From the IMG/VR virus record IMGVR_UViG_2576861615_000004, positions 1 to 41,233 of that record: 41,233 nucleotides of DNA; one strand, written 5' to 3'. The DNA comes from a virus. This document shows positions 19,729 through 26,119 of the stretch, one piece after another; the stretch's first letter is position 1, and each line of letters begins with the position of its first letter. The translations under genes were made by a program, and so were the position numbers. The notes beneath the pieces were generated by a model. That model did no database searches. It saw nothing but the letters and a program-made list of their open reading frames with translations, and was not told the origin of the DNA.

Positions 19729-20105
19729 ACCGTCCTCCACCAAGGCGCACCGACGTCGCGCCCGATCAGCGCGGCGCATTCGGTGATCGCGCGGCGCGTC
19801 GCGCGCTCGCGCTCCGCCTGCTGCGCGCAGACGTCATGCTGCGCATCGATGTCGTCGTGCGTGAAGTGGCGGAACGCGCCCGCGCCGGCATGCGCGGTCA
19901 CGTAATCAGCGAAGTGCGTCACGTCGATTCGGGCCGCGCTCGACAACTCGAATGCGTCGGCGCGCGAGCCAATCGAATCGAACGCGCGCCAGTCGGCGGC
20001 TGCATGCGGTCGGACGTGGATTGCGGTGCAATCGCGGACCGTGTGACGCTTCGCTTCCCATCCCGCGGCCCGTGCCGCGAGTTCGAGCATGTCGAGTTGG
20101 TTCAC
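19725..20105 (-). CDS. hypothetical protein (LELAARAAGWE N-terminus; resembles small phage NinX/DUF2591-like proteins)
   Basis: GTG at 20105 overlaps the JAB gene stop (GTGA), and its own stop overlaps the ThiF ATG. The family assignment is a weak recollection only. Confidence 0.6.
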   Translation of the reverse strand: MNQLDMLELAARAAGWEAKRHTVRDCTAIHVRPHAAADWRAFDSIGSRADAFELSSAARIDVTHFADYVTAHAGAGAFRHFTHDDIDAQHDVCAQQAERERATRRAITECAALIGRDVGAPWWRTV

Positions 20106-20905
20106 GCGGCTTTCTCCGTCGACGGGAAAAACGCCTGTACCGGCACACGGAGCGTGATCATTTTGCCGAGCGCGCACAGGCGGAAAGCAACGCTCGGATT
20201 GGCCGTGCCAACGCCGCCGATCACGCCGGCGATCTTCACTTCGCCCGCGTCGTCGGCGTCGTCGGTGGCGCTGAAGAATGCCGGGTTGACGCCGTGGCTG
20301 TGCAGATCGATTGCGAGGCTCTCGTCGTCGGCGAGGAGCGGGCGATTAATGGTTATTGCGGTCGGCGTGGAGTTGGTCACTTCGACTTCGCGGTACACCA
20401 GTTCCTTGTTCGTCTCGTTCCAGACGATCCATGCGGCATGCTCGTTCGGCGCGGCGTTGGCCGCGTCGGTTGCGAACCGGCGGAGGTGCGGCTCGGCGGC
20501 GCTGATGCGTCCGAATGCGAATTCGATTTTCGCGTCGATCGAGCCGTACGGCGGACGCGGGCAAGCGCCTTCGATCGGGGCGATCGGCTGAATCAGGTGC
20601 AGCCACGGGCGGCGGATCTCGACGAACAGACCTTCGGCCGCGAGCAGGAATCGGTGACCGACGTCGAGCAGCGGCGAAAATTCGGCGTGGCGCGGCACGG
20701 TGGCGACCGGGGCGCTGTCGAACAGCGCTTCGTCCAGGCCGATGTTTGCGTCGCTGCTGGCGGCTGCGATCGGGCGCGACCGGCCGGCTTGCACCTCGGC
20801 CGCGACCCCTTCGCTGAAAATCTTGAGTGCATCGCCGAGAGAGCGCAGCGTGTCGGTCGTCGCTGCTTCGAACGTTGCTTTGATTTCTTCAATTTTGGTG
20901 GACAT
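20102..20905 (-). CDS. JAB/MPN (JAMM) metallopeptidase, PRTRC protein A-like
   Basis: HSHGVNPAFFSATD is an exact HxHx7SxxD JAMM motif (nt 20261-20302), with an upstream Glu (NEHAAW). A GGAG SD precedes the start. Confidence 0.85.
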   Translation of the reverse strand: MSTKIEEIKATFEAATTDTLRSLGDALKIFSEGVAAEVQAGRSRPIAAASSDANIGLDEALFDSAPVATVPRHAEFSPLLDVGHRFLLAAEGLFVEIRRPWLHLIQPIAPIEGACPRPPYGSIDAKIEFAFGRISAAEPHLRRFATDAANAAPNEHAAWIVWNETNKELVYREVEVTNSTPTAITINRPLLADDESLAIDLHSHGVNPAFFSATDDADDAGEVKIAGVIGGVGTANPSVAFRLCALGKMITLRVPVQAFFPSTEKAA

Positions 20906-20909
20906 GTGG

Positions 20910-21620
20910 TTAGCTCCGTTGCGTGAGGCGTTGAATTGCGGATTCGACGGTCAGGTCGACCGCGACCAGTCTTTCGGTGGGAAATTCGGCGCCGTCGAGC
21001 AGCTGGCGCCAGAGCGTGGAAATGCTGCCGCCCTGAATCAGTTTTGGGGCATTCGGGTGTGTGAAGCGGCTGCGAAAGAATTCCTCTTCGTAGCGCTCGA
21101 CGTCGGCCGCGTTCGGCTGCTTCGCGATTTCGACATTGCCGGTGCACACGGAACCGGTGGAATAGACGTTGTAGTACGGCGCCTGAAACAGGGCGGTCCC
21201 GCGTTGCGGCCGCGCATTCTCGGCAAGCGCGAACACGTGTCGGCGGTCCCCTTGGGCGATGAACAGCAATGCAGGTTGGTGCGCCGGGCCCGCGCGCGTG
21301 CCGAGCGGTTTGTCGGAGTTGAACCAGACGTGCCGCACGCATGCCGGCATCCACCACGCGACAACGCCGGAGCCAGCAAAGATCACGCGTTCGTGCACGT
21401 AGCCGTGTTGACCAGCGTGTTTCGCTGCTGCGGCAGTGAACGCCGCGAGTTGTCGCTCGGTTACGGGTTCACCTGCAAGCAATGTCGGCATGCCGTCGAC
21501 AACACGCGCTGCATGGCGCGTTACGTATACGCGCGTGCCGGTGCTGTTCCGATACAGCAGCAGGGCGGAATCGAGTTCGAGGTGCGATTCAGTATCGCAA
21601 TAGATATCGACGTCTTTCAT
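20910..21620 (-). CDS. prokaryotic E2-like protein, PRTRC protein B-like
   Basis: The 236-aa product has a conserved-looking YYNVYSTGSVCTGN, with candidate catalytic Cys159 at nt 21144-21146. Its position between the F-like and JAB genes matches PRTRC cassettes. The ATG overlaps the upstream stop (ATGA). Confidence 0.7.
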   Translation of the reverse strand: MKDVDIYCDTESHLELDSALLLYRNSTGTRVYVTRHAARVVDGMPTLLAGEPVTERQLAAFTAAAAKHAGQHGYVHERVIFAGSGVVAWWMPACVRHVWFNSDKPLGTRAGPAHQPALLFIAQGDRRHVFALAENARPQRGTALFQAPYYNVYSTGSVCTGNVEIAKQPNAADVERYEEEFFRSRFTHPNAPKLIQGGSISTLWRQLLDGAEFPTERLVAVDLTVESAIQRLTQRS

Positions 21621-22696
21621 GCATGCACCTGTATGCGTTGGGGCTCGGCCGGGCTGTCCGGCGACCGGAGCGCGATCACGTCCAGCAGGTGTTCGACTGC
21701 TAGGGCGAGTCGCGAGGTATTGCGCATCCGCGCGAACCAGTTGCCGACCGCTTTACCCGCGAGTGACAGGCTGACCGCGCACGCGGCCTCCAGCGCATCG
21801 CCTTGCATTTCGTGCTCGAGAAAGTCATCGATCACGCGGCCGGTTCCGTCGCCGTGGTCCCACAACAGGAACAGGGAAAAATCGATGCCCGGCCCGGCGT
21901 TCGAATCGAAGTGGTCGACGCGCGCAAATGGGCCGCCGTGCGCGATTACGCTGTAGATTTCGTCGCACGCGCTGACGGCAAGCGCCGCGATTTCGTCTTG
22001 TTCTGCTGCACGGTGTACGTCGAACGTATTCAACACCTGCTGCGGATTGACGAGCCAGTCTGGCGCGTCGCGAAAGAATTCCGTGCGACGGGGGATCGAA
22101 CACGCCTCGAAAAATTCCTCAGGAGTTGCCTCGTCGACGTCGTCGTAGTGCATGCGCAGCTCGGGTAGCGCCTCGATCTCGTTTGCATGCCCTTGCCAAT
22201 ACATGTAGCCGGCAATCGAGATCGTCTCGCTCGGCGTCAGCACGGACGGCAGGTAGTGCGCGCATGCTTCGTAAAGCACAGCGAGAACGGTCTGGCCGAG
22301 TCCGGGCATCACGCTTTCAAGGTGCGAAATGCTGCCGCGCAGGAATCGCGCTGGCGCGGTTCCTGCGCCTCCGTCGCTATGAATCGACACCCACACGCTG
22401 TTGTCGTCGCCGGTGCGGTAGTACGACGGGCCGCAAGAATCAGAGCTCAGGCGCAAGCTCCATTCGAAAATGGAGTGCGCGTCCGTGAGTTCTTGCCACG
22501 TGCGCGTCAGCGCGATCCGAGCTAGCTCGCGCTCGTTGCGGTGATCGTCAGCGAGTTGCGCATCTTCGATCGTCAGCATGTTTCCGCGCATCAGCGCGAG
22601 CGCAAGATTGTGCGAAAACTGGCCGCTATCACCGACGACGTACCGCGCTGGTACTTCGCCGACAATTCGCGGCAGGGTAAGAGCAGTCGATGTCAT
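21617..22696 (-). CDS. PRTRC protein F-like (359 aa, unknown biochemical function)
   Basis: Size and position between the Ubl and E2-like genes match PRTRC order. The ORF is coupled at both ends (ATGA overlaps). The assignment is by context and recollection only. Confidence 0.6.
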   Translation of the reverse strand: MTSTALTLPRIVGEVPARYVVGDSGQFSHNLALALMRGNMLTIEDAQLADDHRNERELARIALTRTWQELTDAHSIFEWSLRLSSDSCGPSYYRTGDDNSVWVSIHSDGGAGTAPARFLRGSISHLESVMPGLGQTVLAVLYEACAHYLPSVLTPSETISIAGYMYWQGHANEIEALPELRMHYDDVDEATPEEFFEACSIPRRTEFFRDAPDWLVNPQQVLNTFDVHRAAEQDEIAALAVSACDEIYSVIAHGGPFARVDHFDSNAGPGIDFSLFLLWDHGDGTGRVIDDFLEHEMQGDALEAACAVSLSLAGKAVGNWFARMRNTSRLALAVEHLLDVIALRSPDSPAEPQRIQVHA

Positions 22697-22878
22697 GGCA
22701 ATACCGGCATGTCGGCCGACGGGAGACGTAAGCGTGGCGACGAGCTATTGCAGCCAGCAGCAACGCGCGAAATGTGCACTGCGAGCGGGCTGTTGACGTG
22801 CTTCTTCGGTGCCGCCGCCGCTCGGCTATCGCTGAACGTGTTTTCGCGCAGGTGCTTTCGAAGTTCGCGGAGCGTCAT
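22693..22878 (-). CDS. small coupled ORF (61 aa) between the Ubl and F-like genes
   Basis: Its ATG overlaps the Ubl gene stop, and its stop overlaps the F-like ATG (ATGA at both ends). No family recognised. Confidence 0.5.
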   Translation of the reverse strand: MTLRELRKHLRENTFSDSRAAAAPKKHVNSPLAVHISRVAAGCNSSSPRLRLPSADMPVLP

Positions 22879-23357
22879 TTCGATTGCGGGCAGTAGCGCG
22901 CATGCAGCGCATTGATGAACGCGACTTCTTCGTCAAGCAGCGGGCACACGTGCGCACTGCTGAACCGGTCGAGTTCGGCGAGATACGCGCGGACGGGGTG
23001 CGGAACGATGCAGTCGACAGCGCGTATCTGGTCGAGCTTCCGGCGTGCGTCGTCGGAGTCAACCGGGTTCGCGATCGCGATACCCGCAACGTAGGTTCGT
23101 CCGTCGGCACTGGTGGACAGTTTGACCGTGTAGCTGCTGAGCGGCAGCGCGTAATTTCCTTTCGTGCCGACAGCGCGCCGGAACGTGTAGACGTTGCGGT
23201 TGCCTTTGATGACCGGTCCCTCAATTTCCGCGTTCGTGAGCTCCGGATAGGTCTGCGAATAGAAGTCGCGGATCTGCTGGAGCGTGAACGTCGGTGCAGG
23301 GTCGGCGAGCTTCGCGCCGTTGTACGAGAATTCGCGAGCGAGCGTTTCGATTTCCAT
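22875..23357 (-). CDS. ubiquitin-like beta-grasp protein (PRTRC protein C-like) fused to a 93-aa C-terminal extension
   Basis: The first 67 aa, MEIETLAREFSYNGAKLADPAPTFTLQQIRDFYSQTYPELTNAEIEGPVIKGNRNVYTFRRAVGTKG, match the short PRTRC-C type Ubl, which normally ends near ...GTKG. Here the frame continues for 93 more aa with Cys/His residues. A GGAGG SD precedes the start. Confidence 0.75.
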   Translation of the reverse strand: MEIETLAREFSYNGAKLADPAPTFTLQQIRDFYSQTYPELTNAEIEGPVIKGNRNVYTFRRAVGTKGNYALPLSSYTVKLSTSADGRTYVAGIAIANPVDSDDARRKLDQIRAVDCIVPHPVRAYLAELDRFSSAHVCPLLDEEVAFINALHARYCPQSK

Positions 23358-23371
23358 GTCGTTGCCTCCAA

Positions 23372-23920
23372 TCAGTACAGGTCGACGCCCGCGTCGGTCG
23401 ATTGCGGTTGCGCCGCGCTTGCAGGTTCGGCGGGCGCCGGCGTATCTGCGGCCGGCGTCTCGCCGCCGTCGCTCGGTTGGCCGGCATCGTCGATGCGCAT
23501 CTGGCGCGGGTCGGTCGCGCCGGCGTTTGCGCCGTCAGTCGAGGGCGGGTTGTTGGCGTCGTCGGCCTTCGCGGCCTTCGGTGGCCGGCCGCGACCGCGC
23601 TTCCCGGGTGTGCCGGCGGCGTCACTAGCGTTCGGCGCCGGAAGCGCGGGCGCCGCGTCGGGTTTGTTCGCGGCGGCGCACGCGCGCGCCTGGTCGAGCA
23701 GCGACAGTGCGCCGGGTTCGTACGCCTCGACCGCTGCTGCGAATTCGGCGTCGAGTTCTTGGGGTGTCGCTACCAGCGACAACGGCCAGAGTTCTTTCTT
23801 GCCTTTCGCGTTCGGCAGGGGTGTGACGTTGACGCGCAGGTTTTCGTCGCCTTCGGCCGTGATCAGGATGTTGATGCTCGTGGTGCGCGCGAGCTCGTGC
23901 AGTGACGTGAACAGGGACAT
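23372..23920 (-). CDS. PRTRC protein E-like (N-terminal conserved domain, AT-hook, acidic/Pro-Ala tail)
   Basis: MSLFTSLHELARTTSINILITAEGDENLRVNVTPLP...LVATPQELDAEF resembles PRTRC-E. An AT-hook (KRGRGRPPK) and a low-complexity C-terminus follow. Confidence 0.65.
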   Translation of the reverse strand: MSLFTSLHELARTTSINILITAEGDENLRVNVTPLPNAKGKKELWPLSLVATPQELDAEFAAAVEAYEPGALSLLDQARACAAANKPDAAPALPAPNASDAAGTPGKRGRGRPPKAAKADDANNPPSTDGANAGATDPRQMRIDDAGQPSDGGETPAADTPAPAEPASAAQPQSTDAGVDLY

Positions 23921-23941
23921 GCGATTACCTCTCAGGTGAAG

Positions 23942-24232
23942 TCAGGCCGCGAGGCCGTCGTAATTGCGATCGGCGAAATCGTTATCGCCGGGATAGCGGT
24001 TCGAGCCGTCGGCTCGATGCCAGCAAAATAGGGAGCCGCGCCGGTGCGGGAACCAGTAACCGGCGCAGTCGCAACGCATGCGCGTCGTGTTGCGGCGGTT
24101 CATCCAGTTGTCGACGCGATATTTCCGGCGGTTGCACGTGCGGCACGCCGGTAGGCGCGTGTAGCGATCGGGATGGCGCCGCAGGCATCGGCGCGCGTCG
24201 CAGTGCGTGCAGCGGACGTGGCAACGCGGCAT
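23942..24232 (-). CDS. Cys/His-rich zinc-finger-like small protein (96 aa)
   Basis: Multiple CxxC pairs (CHVRCTHCDARRC, CRTC, CDCAGYWFPHRRGSLFC). It sits in the operon directly upstream of the Ubl cassette. Confidence 0.7.
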   Translation of the reverse strand: MPRCHVRCTHCDARRCLRRHPDRYTRLPACRTCNRRKYRVDNWMNRRNTTRMRCDCAGYWFPHRRGSLFCWHRADGSNRYPGDNDFADRNYDGLAA

Positions 24233-24235
24233 CGA

Positions 24236-24442
24236 TCAGTCCTCCGCGTCGCCGGCCTGCAGCCGTTTTACGTCCACGCGTGCAGCAGCGCGGCGTCGTT
24301 CGCGCGTTTCTCGCGCACGCGCTGACGATTCGAGTGCGTCCCGCACGCTGGCGCGCTGGATTGCGGTGTCGAAATCGCCGGTCATGTGCAGCAGTTGCCA
24401 CTCGACGCGCAGCAGATGGGTTGGCAGGTGATCTTTCTGCAT
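24236..24442 (-). CDS. hypothetical protein (68 aa)
   Basis: A tightly spaced member of the early-left operon with a basic C-terminal half. Confidence 0.55.
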   Translation of the reverse strand: MQKDHLPTHLLRVEWQLLHMTGDFDTAIQRASVRDALESSARARETRERRRAAARVDVKRLQAGDAED

Positions 24443-24449
24443 GGCCGGC

Positions 24450-24575
24450 TCACGCGCTGTAGGTGCTTTCGCTCGACGCGGCCGGCGCTTCGTCGCTGTA
24501 CGTCCATGCGACGCAACCGATGCCGACCGCGAGCCAGAGCAGCACGATTTTCCAGAGGGGCATGGGCTTGTTCAT
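24450..24575 (-). CDS. 41-aa single-TM micro-protein
   Basis: Read from the reverse strand: MNKPMPLWKIVLLWLAVGIGCVAWTYSDEAPAASSESTYSA. The ATG overlaps the upstream stop (ATGA). It is too short to appear in the ORF track. Confidence 0.5.
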   Translation of the reverse strand: MNKPMPLWKIVLLWLAVGIGCVAWTYSDEAPAASSESTYSA

Positions 24576-24814
24576 GCGCCCTCCGCCGGGTACAGGTGCT
24601 CCATGCCGGCGCCGGCAGCGAAAGCCTTGGCGAGTGCAAGATAGCCGTGTGACTCGAGTGCGCCGCAGAGGCTCGCGACGAAAGCGCGCGGCCGCGGTCG
24701 GTCGTCGCGCCTGCAGTGATTTTCAGCGGATTCGGCCGCTCGATTGATGCAGCCGAGCAGCATCGTTTCGAGCTGGCGTGCAGAACGGGGCGTGTTGTCC
24801 ATCACGCGCCTCAA
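24572..24814 (-). CDS. hypothetical protein (80 aa)
   Basis: The ATG at 24814 overlaps the upstream micro-ORF stop (ATGA), and its own stop overlaps the next ATG. Confidence 0.6.
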   Translation of the reverse strand: MRRVMDNTPRSARQLETMLLGCINRAAESAENHCRRDDRPRPRAFVASLCGALESHGYLALAKAFAAGAGMEHLYPAEGA

Positions 24815-24939
24815 ATGTCGAATGCCGGGGCGATCGCGCTGGCGATCAGGTAGAGCGCGAACAGGGCGACGAGCGGATGCCAGTCGCGACGTTCCGCCGC
24901 GCGCGCTGCGCGGGACCAGTGTTTGTTCAGGGTGTGCAT
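24811..24939 (-). CDS. 42-aa single-TM micro-protein, first gene of the early-left operon
   Basis: Read from the reverse strand: MHTLNKHWSRAARAAERRDWHPLVALFALYLIASAIAPAFDI. A GGGAGG SD lies upstream. It is too short to appear in the ORF track. Confidence 0.5.
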   Translation of the reverse strand: MHTLNKHWSRAARAAERRDWHPLVALFALYLIASAIAPAFDI

Positions 24940-24987
24940 TGAATTCGCCTCCCGTGGCGTAGGACGCCGACTAAGTGAGGCGGATGG

Positions 24988-25025
24988 TAGCGTAACGCGA
25001 ACGACACAGCAATAGCGAAACGCGA
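24988..25025. promoter_or_regulatory. operator pair at the early-left promoter region (OL-like)
   Basis: The 13-bp near-palindromes tagcgtaacgcga (24988-25000) and tagcgaaacgcga (25013-25025) lie 25 bp apart start to start. They have the same consensus and spacing as the pair between cI and cro. Confidence 0.65.
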
Positions 25026-25094
25026 ACTCTTTTAATTCCTACGCGAACGATTTCTGTAGGATAGAAGTAAGGTGCAATTTTTTAAGAAGCCTGA

Positions 25095-25114
25095 TACTGT
25101 ACGGATATACAGTA
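25095..25114. promoter_or_regulatory. LexA (SOS) box
   Basis: tactgtacggatatacagta matches TACTGT-N8-ACAGTA (CTGT-N8-ACAG core). It overlaps a possible TTAAGA-N18-TATACA promoter and lies 34 nt upstream of the ATG at 25148. Confidence 0.75.
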
Positions 25115-25147
25115 TTCTGGCTGTTCTGTTTAGTGCGCGTGGGGAAA

Positions 25148-25393
25148 ATGAAAAGAGCAATTCAGCGCGAAGTGGCGATTTCGGTGAGGGCCGACGAGCC
25201 AGCGGAAGCCGCGCCGAGGCTGGCGTTGGCGAGTGTGGCGGGGAGGTTTCGCCGGGATCGGGTGTCGACCCTGACGATTACTGTGGGGATGGATGGCGCG
25301 ATCAGTCACCGTGCGCGTGTGCTGCCGGAGCACCGGCAGGAGATCGCTGATTGGTTGATAGCGTTAGCGTGCCGGATAGGCGCGCCGGATTAG
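25148..25393 (+). CDS. small LexA-controlled protein, candidate antirepressor (Tum-like role)
   Basis: The 81-aa ORF has high third-position GC. A GGGGA SD lies 5 nt upstream, and the SOS box sits in its promoter region. It converges on cI with a 4-nt overlap. The function is inferred from context only. Confidence 0.55.
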   Translation: MKRAIQREVAISVRADEPAEAAPRLALASVAGRFRRDRVSTLTITVGMDGAISHRARVLPEHRQEIADWLIALACRIGAPD

Positions 25394-25794
25394 CTTGCTT
25401 TGCGGGTGCGCGAGGAGACGCCAGCCTTTCCCGGCGTGTCACCTTCTTCAACAAATGGCGTTGAGTGGCGGGCGGCCGTGCTCTGGACGAGCAGGCCATT
25501 GACGAAGCCAATCACCTGGGCGCGCTGCATGTCGGAAAGTCGGCTCCAGCCAGCAATGATCTCCGGATCGTTGTCGAGCCAGCCGATTTCCTTTCCGGTC
25601 TTTTCCTCGATGTGGCGGGCAATGTCGTCCGATATCCCGCGAGGCTTTCCAGTGCGCGAGTCTTTCGACGCATTGACCCACTGGCGTATCTGAGTGTCCG
25701 TTTTGCCTATCAGTTCTGATAGGCGGCCGACGCTGCCGAGCTCTTCAATTAGGGCGCGAAGTTGTTCCCGCCTGATTTCGTGGCACGTTTTCAT
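25390..25794 (-). CDS. cI: CI-type repressor, HTH only (no S24/LexA-like peptidase domain)
   Basis: The HTH region is GRLSELIGKTDTQIRQWVN...RGISDDIARHIEEKTGKEIGWLD. The gene is divergent from cro across the operator pair. At 134 aa it has no Ala-Gly/Ser-Lys autocleavage module. Confidence 0.7.
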   Translation of the reverse strand: MKTCHEIRREQLRALIEELGSVGRLSELIGKTDTQIRQWVNASKDSRTGKPRGISDDIARHIEEKTGKEIGWLDNDPEIIAGWSRLSDMQRAQVIGFVNGLLVQSTAARHSTPFVEEGDTPGKAGVSSRTRKAS

Positions 25795-25830
25795 TCTCGT
25801 ATTGCATCCGATATTGATGTCGACGGGAAT

Positions 25831-25868
25831 TCGCGAAACGCGATTGACCAGACGGTAGCGTTACGCTA
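25831..25868. promoter_or_regulatory. operator pair between cI and cro (OR-like)
   Basis: The 13-bp palindromes tcgcgaaacgcga (25831-25843) and tagcgttacgcta (25856-25868) lie 25 bp apart start to start. The consensus is T(A/C)GCG-N3-CGC(G/T)A. Confidence 0.7.
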
Positions 25869-25872
25869 TCGT
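25844..25872 (+). promoter_or_regulatory. candidate PR promoter (TTGACC-N17-TATCGT)
   Basis: -35 at 25844-25849 and -10 at 25867-25872, flanked and overlapped by the two operators. The -10 element ends 7 nt before the cro ATG. Confidence 0.45.
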
Positions 25873-25879
25873 TCGCGTC

Positions 25880-26119
25880 ATGGAACTGACTACATACCTC
25901 TCGAGTGCGGACGCGCCGTCCGCCGCCGACTTCGCCCGCCGTCTTGGCACTGCGCCGTCGGTGGTGAGTCAGTGGCGCACCGGTGCGCGACCTGTACCGA
26001 TCAAAAGCTGCGTCGCCATTGAGCGCGTTACTGCAGGCGAGGTAACTCGCCGCGATCTCCGCCCCAACGACTGGCACGACATCTGGCCGGAACTCGCTCG
26101 GCAAAAGGAGACTGCATGA
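25880..26119 (+). CDS. cro: Cro-like HTH regulator
   Basis: FARRLGTAPSVVSQWRTGARPVPIKSCVAIERVTAGEVTRRDLRPNDW is the typical Cro/YdaS-type pattern. The gene is divergent from the repressor. Confidence 0.8.
   Translation: MELTTYLSSADAPSAADFARRLGTAPSVVSQWRTGARPVPIKSCVAIERVTAGEVTRRDLRPNDWHDIWPELARQKETA

Noticed and set aside
16516-24939. Search for the ParB-like and actin-like (ParM-type) partners that normally accompany PRTRC cassettes
   Set aside because: No ORF in the operon shows a ParB N-terminal motif or actin-fold ATPase motifs. I therefore report their absence rather than annotate a candidate.
25762-26022. 86-aa plus-strand ORF overlapping the cI start, the operator region and cro
   Set aside because: It is in a different frame from the well-supported cro ORF and spans the operator and promoter region. 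It has no SD, and its Arg-rich composition points to a spurious ORF.
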